From an uncultured Planctomycetaceae bacterium (lineage in GTDB: Bacteria; Planctomycetota; Planctomycetia; Isosphaerales; Isosphaeraceae): DNA of 64,000 nt. Made by a program: the position numbers and the translations under genes. The stretch is from the NCBI GenBank assembly GCA_963833985.1, contig CAWIAD010000002.1:3488001-3552000 (forward strand), written 5' to 3'. The notes below the pieces were generated by a model, which saw nothing but the letters and a program-made list of their open reading frames with translations, was not told where the DNA came from and did no database searches. Positions 53,197 to 63,781 of this stretch are shown here, piece after piece (position 1 is the stretch's first letter; each line of letters opens with the position of its first letter).

Positions 53197-54675
53197 GAAT
53201 GCCGCGAAGTTAATTTTAACTAATTGTGCCATTTGATCTTGCGCCATGGGTGAGGCTCCGGGCATCCTGTGGGAAGTACCAGGACCCACAGTTGCTGGAG
53301 GGAGCCCCACCCATGCCGCCTCGCATCATCCCTATTCTCGATCGACTGCGCCAAGATATCGCCGCGGGATTGTCCCGGGAGACGATCGAAGAAGCCTGCC
53401 GCCAGGCGAAACACCGCTGGCGGAATCGCGTTCTCGACCCCGCGACGACCATTTATCTGTTCCTTCTCCAGGTCCTTCATGGCAACACGGCCTGTCGCCA
53501 CGTGGTGCACTTCGGCGGTTGGACCTTCACCGACAGCGCCTACTGCCTGGCGCGAAAGCGGCTTCCGCTGGCCGTCTTCGACTAGCTCGTGGAGCGGACC
53601 GCTGCCGCCGTGCGGACTGCTTCGGATGCGCGCGGTGGCTCGGGCACCGAATCTGGGTCGTCGACAGCTCCAGCTTCTCCATGCCGGACCAACCAGAACT
53701 GCAACGTCACTTCGGCCAACCCAGCGGTCAACGCAAGGGCTGTGGCTTCCCGGTGGCGAAATGGCTGGCCCTCTTCGATGTCGCCACGGGCATGCTGCTG
53801 CGTTCGAGGACGGCCCCTTTGCGGACCCACGACATGTCCCAGGTCGGCCCGATCTCCGACGGCCTGGAGCCGGGAGACATCGTGCTCGGTGACCGCGGAT
53901 TTTGCTCGTATGCTCATCTGGCAATGTTACTGCAACGCGGTCTGCATGCGGTTTTCCGCGTGCACCAGCAGCAGATCGTCGATTTCACGCCGGGTCGTCC
54001 GATGGCCAGGAGGAAGGGTCCGTACCCCAGGCCGCAGGGTCTGCCGAGTTCGCGGTGGGTGTTGGCGCAGGGAACCGCAGATCAGATTGTCACATGGTTT
54101 AAATCGAAATCCCATCCGAAGTGGATGTCGGCGGATGAGTTCGAGGTGCTGCCCTCCGAGATCACCGTGCGCGAGCTGAGGTACCGGGTCGAGACACCCG
54201 GGTATCGGGTGCGCGAAATCACGCTGGTCACGACTCTGTTAGACGCATCGACCTACCCGGCGACAGAGCTGGCCGAACTCTACTACAAGAGGTGGAGAGT
54301 CGAACTCAATTTTCGTCATATAAAGATTAGCATGAAGATGGATGTTCTGCGTTGCGAGACAGTCGAAGGGGTTCTCAAAGAGCTGGCGATTTTCAGCCTG
54401 GCGTATAACCTGGTAAGATCGGTCATGCTGGAGTCGGCACGCATGCGCGGCGTTGATCCGGATCGGATCGGCTTGATCGACGCGGTGCGCTGGCTGATCG
54501 GGTCCGAAGGGGGTTCTGAGCCCGCGCGGATCGTCATCAACCCATTGCGCCGCGGACGCGTCGAGCCCCGAGTCGTAAAGCGACGACCAAAACAGTACAT
54601 GCGGATGACCAGGCCCAGATCCGAACTCCGCAAGCAATTGCCAATGAAGCACTTCTGACTAACTTCGCGGCATTC
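53197..54675 (+). mobile_element. IS4-family insertion sequence
   Basis: Perfect 16-bp TIR GAATGCCGCGAAGTTA / TAACTTCGCGGCATTC; the inverted match extends to 53181 and 54691. Confidence 0.85.
53313..54658 (+). pseudogene. IS4 DDE transposase with in-frame TAG (53583-53585) and frameshift near 53630
   Basis: VVDSS, LGDRGF, YYKRWRVELNFRHIK (YREK signature). Confidence 0.85.
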
Positions 54676-54709
54676 AGCAACGTCCCCTTTGGGCTTCCCC
54701 TTTGGGCTT

Positions 54710-54873
54710 TCTGGTTCGCAGGTGGACACTCGTTCCGTACGATTGGTCCGCCTGCATACTGTGCAGGTTGACCAAATCGGATCCCAACTTGTCCATAGCC
54801 CCTCCTCGTCATGTGTATAGGAGGGGGTCAGTTTTAGTGTCGTCAGGGGGGTCAGTTTTAGTGTCGCGTGACA
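54710..54873 (-). mobile_element. IS21-family terminus remnant
   Basis: Minus strand starts TGTCA; two 20-bp repeats CGACACTAAAACTGACCCCC (54823-54842, 54847-54866); RBS and ATG at 54796. Confidence 0.7.
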
Positions 54874-55154
54874 AGCGCTGGCGGCTGCGTACCTGGCCAC
54901 TGGCCCTGTACTGGTGGGAGGAGAAATCCGCGGCGGGTACGCGGCATCGCCGGTGTTTCCGCCGTAGACTGAATAGGACGGTGCAGTGCGGAGGCTCCTT
55001 GACAATGCGGCGGATGGTAGGGACCAGCGCGCCGGCCCGGCGACGCGCTGGCTCCACTCTTTTGCAGACCAGATGGCCCGGTCCGCCGGACGGTTTGAAT
55101 GCAAAACTCAGGGAACGAAGCGCATCGTCCCACAATGGCCATGGCGCGCCGACC

Positions 55155-55184
55155 GTAGGGTGGGTCAGCGCAGCGCAACCCACC
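55155..55184 (+). repeat. GTAG-type REP palindrome
   Basis: GTAG GGTGGGT...ACCCACC hairpin. Confidence 0.65.
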
Positions 55185-55632
55185 GGCTGGCAGGGCCTTG
55201 CGTGCGCCGAACCGCCGAACCGCACACGCCGTACGACGTCCTGGGACGATGCCGAACGAAGCCAGTGAAAAAACGAAAAACCGATATATAACTCGCAGGC
55301 ACGTAAGGATTAGCGTCCGATGGCTTCGGTTGTATGGACCCGAGAACGAACCCATTTTTCCCCTGCCTGAGGGGAGACGAGCGACACGACCTCGTGGGCC
55401 AGAGGGAAGGGCGCGAACACCGGGGCCAGCCGCACCGGGCGAACCGGGGGCTTGAAGCCGCGAAAGCGCGCTTTTCACGCGGAGAACCCGCAACGAAGCC
55501 AACCGCTAATGGAACTGCAAGTCCATGACAAGCAAGGATTAATGGCCAGAAAGTATGATCGGTTTGGACCGAAATCGAACCCAATTCGCCAGTGATCCCA
55601 GGACGTGCGACTGACGGTCCCGATGGAGGTCA

Positions 55633-56953
55633 TCAAAGGGAAGACGGGGACGAAGACGCCGCTGCTGCTGGAGCCGGCATCGTCGCGGCTCCGAGCGGGG
55701 CCGACGACAGGGCGGCGTCCGGAAGGCGGTGGCCAGGGCCGAGCGTGTCCATGAGGGCCTGGATTTGAAGTTCCAGCACCTCGGTAAGATGCTCCGCGGC
55801 GTCACGAGACCTGCGGCCGCCGGGTCCAAGATAGGATCGCACGTCGATGGGCTCGCCCATCTTGACCACCGCCCGGCGCGGTCCGCGCGGGGCCGGGTAG
55901 GTCACGCCCAGGGCGTCCTGCTCGAACTTGGTCATGATCTCGGCAAGGCGCTCCAGCGTCGGGTTCTCGCGTACGTAATCTCCGGGGTAGCTGAAGAGCT
56001 GGATGGCCACGAACAGGCTGTTCAGGTCGCGCCGCAGGGTGCGCTTCTCTTCCGCGCTGATGCCCGGCACGGCCAGTGCCTTGAGGCACGCCCGGCGCAG
56101 CTCCTTGACGCGGAACGGCACCGGCTCATCGGAGCGACGGCCCAGCCGCCGGTCTTCCATCTCTTCCAGGATATGGAACTTGAGCCGGGCGATTCGGTCC
56201 TTGAGCGTCCCAGGCTGGGGAGCGTTCAGATACTCGAGCTCCTTGAGCGCCAGCATGCCCTCGGCGTAGCGATACAGCCGCTCGAGGATCGGCCGGCCGC
56301 ACGGGTCCCACCAGGTGAAGCGTGCTTCGAGCGTGTCCATCAAGCGGTGCAGCTCGGGAAGCGGGTCGTGATTGTCCAGGAACCTGTAGCGGATCGCCGT
56401 CGGGATGATCCAGACGGTCCGGCCGCTCTCACCGAGCTTCCGCGCGGCGGACAGCGCCAGTGCGGCCGCCCCCTCGCGCAGCGGTGTGAGCCGGTCGCCC
56501 AGGAAGTAGATCTCACCCTCGGGAAAGACGACCAGCGGGTTCTTGCCCTGGGTCAGGACATCCAGGCCTGCCTGGTAGGCCATGCGGTCGGCCCCTTCGC
56601 GGTCGACGGGAAAGACGCCCAGCCGGGGCAGGATGAACTTCCGCAGGCCGGCGTTGCCCGTGAAGATCTGGTAGGCCGCCATGTAGCAGAAGGGAACGCC
56701 GGTGCGCACGGCTGATCTCGAACATGACCGCGGGGTCGGCCAGATCCGGGTGATTGGGAGTGATCAGGATGCCGTCGCCCTTACCCTTCAATGCGCGAAG
56801 CTGATGCAGGCCGACGTCATCGATTTGCCGGACCACCTGGATGCGCCGCAACATGTATCCCACGTAGAGCCGGCTCGCACGCACCCAGAATGGGCTGAGC
56901 CTGGGCGGCTGGAACTGGTACGGCAGCTCATCGGGAAGTGGCAGCCGGTGCAT
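55633..56953 (-). CDS. PlsC-like glycerol-phosphate acyltransferase; frameshift near 56710
   Basis: NHPDLAD (HxxxxD), FPVDRE, FPEG. Confidence 0.85.
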
Positions 56954-57315
56954 GAGCAGTCTCCGTCGCTTGCGCGTGGATGTGGCCTGGTGCATCGAAC
57001 TTCCGGCAGACAGGCGTATGCAAGGCACTCTACCGCGCCTCCGCGTCGCGGACCACCGGATCGACAGACGTGTGAACGCTGACCCTGGAGATATGCCGAT
57101 TTCCGATCGCCGTGTGCCACACCGGCGTCGCCGGGTGCCGGCGGCCCAGCCGGCGCTTTGAAGTGCACTGCTGAAGCTGGCGGGCGGAGGGTGGTCAGGC
57201 TAAACTAGCCCTGTGATCGAGCCAGGTCGGAGCGATGCCGCGCGGCGCGTGCGATGGCCGCACAACGCCCGCTGATCCGGGACCGACCGTCGAGCGGGAG
57301 TGCAAGGCGAGCACC

Positions 57316-59610
57316 ATGAACCTTCCAGAGGCACCGGCCGGAGAGACCGTGACCGGGCGTGTGCCGGAGCCGGTAGTCTCCAGCCGCCGGGACCTGCGGC
57401 TGCCTGAGATTTCCGCTGTCCCACACACCTTGAATCGGATGCTCCGCAGACCCATGACTAGCCTGGTGACCGTTGTACTCTGGGTCGTGGGATTGCTGGT
57501 AATCTGGACAGTCTGCGTTTTGCTCTATAGACTGACAGATTACCTGTGGAGGCCGGAGAAAACGGCGATCGGCGAGTTCGTGGTCGAGGGGCAGGCCAAC
57601 CCTTCCTACGCCGCCAAGTTTCAGGATCGGTGGCTCAGCTTTCGCTCGACAGGGCAGGCAGTCGGGCTGCTTCAGGGGTTGCCCTCGGCGGACGGTGCGG
57701 ATTTCATCCTGGCGGAGGTGGAGGAGCGTTCGACGTCCGATCTGGAGCGGACGATCGGCGATCTGGGCAAGGAGCTGGATCTCAAGGTGGCCGGGATCAG
57801 CTTGCCGAGCCTGGCGCGGTTCCTGGATAGTCTCTCGCGCCCCGCCGGCCGCATCATCGAGGGCCGGCTTGGTCGGTTCGGCAACGAGGTGAACCTGACC
57901 ATCACGCTGAAGCAGGACGGGCATCTGCCCAGGGCCTGGTCGAGCTACCGGAGCGTGGCCGCGGGCGCCGGGGCGGAAGGTCAGCAGGCGGCCGAGGAAG
58001 ACCTCATCGACGAGGCCATCTGCGAGGTCGCCCTGTACCTGCGGAGAGTCGACCGCCCGGCGGCCGCAAACGGAGACAATGGGATGGCCGACACGACAGA
58101 ATCCCTCTCGGCGCGAGCTTACGCGGAGCTCAAGAAAGGCCGTCGCAGTCTGGAACGCTACGCTCAGGACAATCACCAGGACGACCTGCTTGCCGCGCAG
58201 CAGCACTTCCGCTCGCTGGTGGCCAGCAGCCCGGCTTACACCGACGGTTACTTGCTGCTCAGCCAGACCCTTGCGGAGAACCGGCAGGAGAGGGAAGCCA
58301 TCGAAGTCTACGACCGGGCGATCCGCCTGCTGAGCCAGGCCGCCAGCACAGACCAGCGCCGGTCCATCGAAGCGCGCTTCCTGAAGGCGAGCTCGCTGCT
58401 GCGGTGCTATCGCTGGGCCGACGTCGTGCGGGCCACGGCAGAATTCCGGGCCCTCGCGCGCGACCTGGACGCGATGACGGCAAGGAAGCCCGGCGACCGG
58501 GGCAGGCTCACCGCGGCACAGAGATCGCAGCTCGACGCCTGGCGCGAGGACCGCTACATGCTGGCGCGGACGCACGCGGAGACCGCCCATTGCCTGGGGC
58601 ACATGCTGGTGCTCCTGCCCAAAGACCGGTCCATCCGCAAGGATTTCCTGGGGGACCTGGTCTCGCTCTTCGGCGCTGCCATGGCACAGGACATGAAAGA
58701 CCCGGACGACCTGGCGGACCGCCGCGCGCTGGCCGACCGGCTGTACGCGATCGCACAGGACGAACAGAAGCAGGCGAAAAAGACCGAGCCCATCTACAAG
58801 CAGGAATGGAAGGCCGACCTGTCCGCCCGCCTCAACGAGGTCACCGGCTACGCCCAGTTCCGTCACGCGGAGTGGCTGCCAGCCGGCGAGGACAAGAGAT
58901 TCCGGACCGAGTGCAACGAGGCGGTGCGCACCCTTCAGGACGCCGAGCTCCGCAAACCTCGGCACTATGCCCTGCTACAGAACATCGGCATGGTCTATCT
59001 GAGCCGCCGTTACGACCCGAAGGGCGACGATCTCGACCAGGCGGAACGCTACTACGCGCGGTCACTCGAGCTCAAGCCGTCGGACTACTTCGGCCACGCC
59101 CAGCTTGGCCTTGTGGGACTGCGCAGGGCTCTCATCGCAGCGGACGGCGCCGCCCGCGGCGAGATCATCAAGGCGGCCCAGGAGCAAGTCGCCCGGGCGC
59201 TCCAGCTGCGCTCCGAAAGCCAGCACACGCGGCTGCTGCGCTGTCACCTCCGGCTGGTTGAGCTGGGGCTGGGCCGCAAGGCTGCCAGGGTTGAAGACCT
59301 CGACGCCCTCCAGGCCGACATCGAGGAGCTGGACCCGGACGGGAGCGACGTCACTGCCCGGTTCCTCATGCTGGCCTGCGGCTGGCTGCGTCTCCAGGCC
59401 TGCCCGGACGAGGCCGCCTTCGACAGGGCCCGGCCCGTGCTCAAGAGTCGCCTGGAGGCGTTCTCGAGCGATCTGAAGGACCAGCAAGACGCAATCTGGC
59501 GCGTGGCCCAGATGCGTACCGCGTCCGAAGGGCTCGCCCGCGAGCTGGAGACCCTGACGTTCGCCAAGCGCCTCAAGCCCCGCTTCGCGTTCGACGCGGC
59601 CATCGACTGA
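57316..59610 (+). CDS. Membrane-anchored helical / TPR-like protein
   Basis: Long ORF with one TM and TPR-like segments; start uncertain (57316-57454). Confidence 0.7.
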   Translation: MNLPEAPAGETVTGRVPEPVVSSRRDLRLPEISAVPHTLNRMLRRPMTSLVTVVLWVVGLLVIWTVCVLLYRLTDYLWRPEKTAIGEFVVEGQANPSYAAKFQDRWLSFRSTGQAVGLLQGLPSADGADFILAEVEERSTSDLERTIGDLGKELDLKVAGISLPSLARFLDSLSRPAGRIIEGRLGRFGNEVNLTITLKQDGHLPRAWSSYRSVAAGAGAEGQQAAEEDLIDEAICEVALYLRRVDRPAAANGDNGMADTTESLSARAYAELKKGRRSLERYAQDNHQDDLLAAQQHFRSLVASSPAYTDGYLLLSQTLAENRQEREAIEVYDRAIRLLSQAASTDQRRSIEARFLKASSLLRCYRWADVVRATAEFRALARDLDAMTARKPGDRGRLTAAQRSQLDAWREDRYMLARTHAETAHCLGHMLVLLPKDRSIRKDFLGDLVSLFGAAMAQDMKDPDDLADRRALADRLYAIAQDEQKQAKKTEPIYKQEWKADLSARLNEVTGYAQFRHAEWLPAGEDKRFRTECNEAVRTLQDAELRKPRHYALLQNIGMVYLSRRYDPKGDDLDQAERYYARSLELKPSDYFGHAQLGLVGLRRALIAADGAARGEIIKAAQEQVARALQLRSESQHTRLLRCHLRLVELGLGRKAARVEDLDALQADIEELDPDGSDVTARFLMLACGWLRLQACPDEAAFDRARPVLKSRLEAFSSDLKDQQDAIWRVAQMRTASEGLARELETLTFAKRLKPRFAFDAAID

Positions 59611-59673
59611 CCGATCCGACCCGTTCTCATGTGATCCGATCTGAATCGAGCATCGCCTCGCCCGGAGTCCGCC

Positions 59674-60705
59674 GTGCAGACAAGCATCGTCGAGCGTTTC
59701 GGCCGCGACTACTTGCGGCTTTCGCGGCGTTCCCAGGGCCGCTGGCTGGATCGAGCTTTTGACTACTGGCGCGGCTGCGGCTTTCCGTACCCTCAGCTTT
59801 CTCTTCCTCAGATCGAGGCCGACGTCCTGGCACTGCGCAGGGTTCAGCCGGCCATGGTGCTGGTGGATGGCCGGGCCACCGTGAGCACCGTCGGCCTGCG
59901 CCTGGCGAATGCCTATCATCCCCAGATCTGGGAGATCCGCCGGCACGGCCGATCGGCCCTCGATTGCTTCCTGGATGACCAGCGGCTGCGCAGGGCTCTC
60001 GAGAAATCTGCCCGGCTCTATCCCAACCGGCGGTGCTGGAATGCCCAGTGCGTGCGCAGCATCTTGCGGATCCACCATCGCTCACGCGTCTCGAATTTCC
60101 GACCGGCGGTCGCGCGGGCCCTGTATCAGCGCTACTCTCCTGAGGGCGGGCGGCTGCTCGATTTCTCGGCCGGGTTCGGAGGCCGCCTGCTCGCTGCCCT
60201 GACATTGCGGCGCCATTACCTGGGAATTGACCCGGCCGCGCGGCAGGTCGACGGCCTGCGGCGGATGAACGCCGACCTGGCCGCCCTGGCGAACGGTACC
60301 GCCGAGATCGCCAGCGGCTGTGCCGAGGACCTCTTGCCGCTCCTTCCCGACAGGTCTTTCGACGCCATTCTCAGCAGTCCTCCTTACTTCGACACCGAGG
60401 AATACGAGCCCTCGGCGCAGCAGAGCTGCCATCGCTACACAAGCTACCCCGCCTGGCGCGAAGGCTTCCTCCGTCCGGCCATCGAGCACGGCTGCCGGCT
60501 GCTGCGTCCGGGAGGGGTCTTCCTGCTGAACGTGAAGGACCAGCCTGGCCGCTCGATCGCGACCGACGCCGCCACGATGTTTCCGCGCAGGTTCCGCCGG
60601 GAACTGGTGCTCAAGCTGCTGCTCCCCGCCCTGCCGCACCTCCGCGCCAGGGATTCCACGGCCTATCGCTGGGAACCGATCTTGATTGTGCGGAGGCCGA
60701 GATGA
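59674..60705 (+). CDS. Orphan SAM-dependent amino-(DNA) methyltransferase-like protein
   Basis: LDFSAGFGGR (motif I) precedes SSPPYF (motif IV). Confidence 0.75.
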   Translation: MQTSIVERFGRDYLRLSRRSQGRWLDRAFDYWRGCGFPYPQLSLPQIEADVLALRRVQPAMVLVDGRATVSTVGLRLANAYHPQIWEIRRHGRSALDCFLDDQRLRRALEKSARLYPNRRCWNAQCVRSILRIHHRSRVSNFRPAVARALYQRYSPEGGRLLDFSAGFGGRLLAALTLRRHYLGIDPAARQVDGLRRMNADLAALANGTAEIASGCAEDLLPLLPDRSFDAILSSPPYFDTEEYEPSAQQSCHRYTSYPAWREGFLRPAIEHGCRLLRPGGVFLLNVKDQPGRSIATDAATMFPRRFRRELVLKLLLPALPHLRARDSTAYRWEPILIVRRPR

Positions 60706-60894
60706 CGCGGTCCCGGATCGAGAGTCCGAGCAAGTGAACTCTGTGACTTGCGGCTGAGCTCAAAGGCCCGCGACCTTCCGATGACGTCTCGTCGAGGGCG
60801 AACCAACGTTTGCTGCTCCATAGAATATTGACGAGCCATCTCCAGGCCGCGACGATACAGTCCGGCGGCGATCACGACCGGAGAGGAGGTCTGG

Positions 60895-61311
60895 ATGTCC
60901 GAGCAGGTCGATCAATTCCGGCGGCGCGTTGAAAACCTCGTGGGCCGTTTTGAGGGAGACGTGGATCACAATGAATGGTTGACCCGGCGCTACCCCAAGA
61001 AGCTTCGGGATGACTCTGGACAGATCTATGAGGTTCCAGCTCTCCGCCTCCAGCGGGGCCCGATCAACCTTCTCCTGGACCCGGTCGGCTTCGACGTGCC
61101 GGGAGCCGAAGGCGCCGCGGACCTGTACCTGATGCCGGGATACGACCCCACGGCGAGTGTCTACTTCGAGGAGGGACGATGGGTGATCCACTACACTTTT
61201 CCGCCAGACCCTCTCGAGACCCACTCCGTGGTCGAACCGCTGATTCTGCCGCTCTCCTCCGAGAAGATTAACCAGGTACTCAACTCCATAGCCGAGCATG
61301 CGGAACCGTAG
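60895..61311 (+). CDS. Hypothetical protein
   Basis: 138 aa, strong RBS GGAGG. Confidence 0.75.
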   Translation: MSEQVDQFRRRVENLVGRFEGDVDHNEWLTRRYPKKLRDDSGQIYEVPALRLQRGPINLLLDPVGFDVPGAEGAADLYLMPGYDPTASVYFEEGRWVIHYTFPPDPLETHSVVEPLILPLSSEKINQVLNSIAEHAEP

Positions 61312-61608
61312 GTCCGACTGGCACGAACATATTGTGGAGGTCTGGGGCGAGTACCGGTCCATACGGGCGACCTCGATCACAACGACCCTACCCGCGAGAT
61401 CAGTGCTTCGGTGATGATCGACTCGGTTGGCGGGAAGCGCGGTCGGGGTATCCAGATGGGCATCCGCGAACGTGCCCATGCAGTACGCCGAGTCCGCAAC
61501 TTCTGGGCCCACGAATCGGATGAGGATCCTGGTCCGATGACCGTCGACGAGGCACGCAAACGGCTCCAGATCTATCTTGCCGAATTGCCCGATGAGTGGG
61601 GGTCGTAG
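61298..61608 (+). pseudogene. Disrupted HEPN-like (RxxxxH) protein
   Basis: ATG 61298 MRNRRSDWHEHIVEVWGEYRS in one frame; RNFWAH-containing C-terminus in another. Confidence 0.55.
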
Positions 61609-61646
61609 CCCCGAGCCCCTCCTCTTTCTCTGGTATGGCATACTTC

Positions 61647-63572
61647 ATGGGAAGCCTGAGCGACTCTCGATTGCCGGTCCAGAAATCGTCTGCCCAAAAT
61701 CGGCTCATCGCCGCATGCGTGGCAGTCTTCGGAGTCGCGATCGGGCTCATCCTCTGGCGTATCGGGCCTACTAGAACGTCTCATCGCCCGTCGCCGGCCG
61801 ACACAGGCTCGCCCTATCTGAATGCGCGCCGCGAGGTGAAGTATCTCGGGGATGCCGCCTGCAACCGCTGCCATGCGGAGATCAGCGAGTCTTACGCCCT
61901 GCATCCCATGGGTCGTTCTCTCGCGCCGATCACGCCGGAGAAGAATCCGGGGCTCGATGGCGCCGACGGCACATCGAGGTTTGAAGCCGGCGGATTCGAG
62001 TACTCCATCGAGAACAGGAATGGTCGACTTCTGCATGTCGAGACCCGGCGCACCGCCTCTGGCGAGAGGATCGCTCAGAATTCGGCCGAGGTCCAGTACA
62101 CGCTCGGTTCGGGCAGGCAGGCGGTGAGCTACTTGATCGAGCGCGATGGGTTTCTCTTCCAGTCGCCGATCACCCGGTACACGCAAGGAGGCCGATGGGA
62201 CCTCTCGCCCGGCTATGAGAAGAATAACGTCCACTTCGACAGGCCGGTCCTCGCCGGCTGCCTGTACTGTCATGTGAATCGCGTGGAGCCCGTGCCCGGC
62301 ACGGTCAATCGCTTCGTGCCGCCGACATTCCGTGGTCATGCAATCGGCTGCGAGCGCTGTCACGGTCCGGGCGAGCTGCACGTCCGGCAACCGGCCATGA
62401 GCGCGGGACGCGATCTCACGATCGTCAACCCCGCCGCCCTTGAGCCTTCCTTGCGGGATGCCGTCTGCGAGCAATGCCACCTGGTGGGCGCGCGGAGGAT
62501 CGAGCGGCTGGATCGGCAGCAGGATGACTTCCGGCCGGGGCTGCCATTCCAGCGGTTCTGGATTGTCCTTTCCGATGCCGGCACGACCGAGAAACGATTC
62601 GTGAGCCAGGCCGAGCAGATGAAGCAGAGCCGGTGCTACCGCGCCAGTGAGGGACGCCTCGGGTGTATCTCGTGCCACGATCCCCATCGCATGCCCGATC
62701 CCGGGCAGGCAGTGGCCTACTACCGCAAGCGGTGCCTGGAATGCCACGACCAGCGCGGCTGTAGCCTGCCCACGGCGGCCCGGCTGGCGCAAAGCAAGGA
62801 CGACAATTGCAGCCAGTGCCACCTGCCCCGTTCGCGCAGCTCCGATGTGTTCCACGGTGCCGTGAGCGATCATCGCATCCCGCGCCATGCGGCCCGGGAC
62901 GATCGTGCCCCGGCGCCGGCCGGGCAGCCGGCTGTCGGCTCCGGCCGCGTGGTTCTCTTCCACGGCAACCTCATGGATGAGCGAGAACGGGCAGCCGCCG
63001 GCCGCGAGATCGGCGTGGCGCTGGCGCGATCTTATGAATGGCCGGAGAGTGCGGCCGCGTCGTTACCCTTGCTGGAAGCCGCTCTGTCAGCGCGACCCGA
63101 TGACGTGACGGCCTGGGAGTGCAAGGCCGTCGCGCTGGGCCGGCTGCGGCGGTTCAAGGAGTCTCTCGCTGCCTTCCAGACGACCCTGTCCCGGGAACCG
63201 GACCGGGAGACCGCCCTGGCCGAGGCGGCGGAATACGCGGCCGGGGCAGGCAGGCGTGATGAGGCCATCGCGTATCTGCGGCACGCGATTGCGCTCAGCC
63301 CGTGGCGTGCGGTCTACCACGCGAACCTCGCAGAGGCCCTGTTCCAGGATCACCAGTGGCGCGAAGCCGCGGACCAAGGCCGCGCGGCGCTGCGGCTCAA
63401 CCCGTCCGATCTTGAAGCGCGTCGCCTGCTCGTCCGCTCCGAGCTGCGGCTGGGGAACCGTGAGGCCGCCCTCCAGGCATTTCAGACCCTCGTTGACTTC
63501 GACCCGCCCGACCGGACCGAGCTGCTGCGCTGGTTCGCCCCGCTGGCACGCGAGCTGAAGCCGAGGCCCTGA
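61647..63572 (+). CDS. Multiheme c-type cytochrome with C-terminal TPRs
   Basis: Seven CxxCH motifs (CNRCH, CLYCH, CERCH, CEQCH, CISCH, CLECH, CSQCH); N-terminal TM; start uncertain. Confidence 0.85.
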   Translation: MGSLSDSRLPVQKSSAQNRLIAACVAVFGVAIGLILWRIGPTRTSHRPSPADTGSPYLNARREVKYLGDAACNRCHAEISESYALHPMGRSLAPITPEKNPGLDGADGTSRFEAGGFEYSIENRNGRLLHVETRRTASGERIAQNSAEVQYTLGSGRQAVSYLIERDGFLFQSPITRYTQGGRWDLSPGYEKNNVHFDRPVLAGCLYCHVNRVEPVPGTVNRFVPPTFRGHAIGCERCHGPGELHVRQPAMSAGRDLTIVNPAALEPSLRDAVCEQCHLVGARRIERLDRQQDDFRPGLPFQRFWIVLSDAGTTEKRFVSQAEQMKQSRCYRASEGRLGCISCHDPHRMPDPGQAVAYYRKRCLECHDQRGCSLPTAARLAQSKDDNCSQCHLPRSRSSDVFHGAVSDHRIPRHAARDDRAPAPAGQPAVGSGRVVLFHGNLMDERERAAAGREIGVALARSYEWPESAAASLPLLEAALSARPDDVTAWECKAVALGRLRRFKESLAAFQTTLSREPDRETALAEAAEYAAGAGRRDEAIAYLRHAIALSPWRAVYHANLAEALFQDHQWREAADQGRAALRLNPSDLEARRLLVRSELRLGNREAALQAFQTLVDFDPPDRTELLRWFAPLARELKPRP

Positions 63573-63781
63573 GCAAGCAGACGGCGTGCGCGGCGAACCT
63601 CGCCAAGGTCCGCTGGACGGCCCTCCCTGGCCCGCTGCCGGTCGCGACCGAATGACGGTCCTCCCGAATGATGGTTCTCCCGGTCCGCAGACTTCCCGCA
63701 GCGCTGAGGCTGGAGTACACTCCGGTCCGGGTCGCTACGACATTCGCGATTGTGTGCCGTGTCAGGAAGGGAAGGCTCGCC

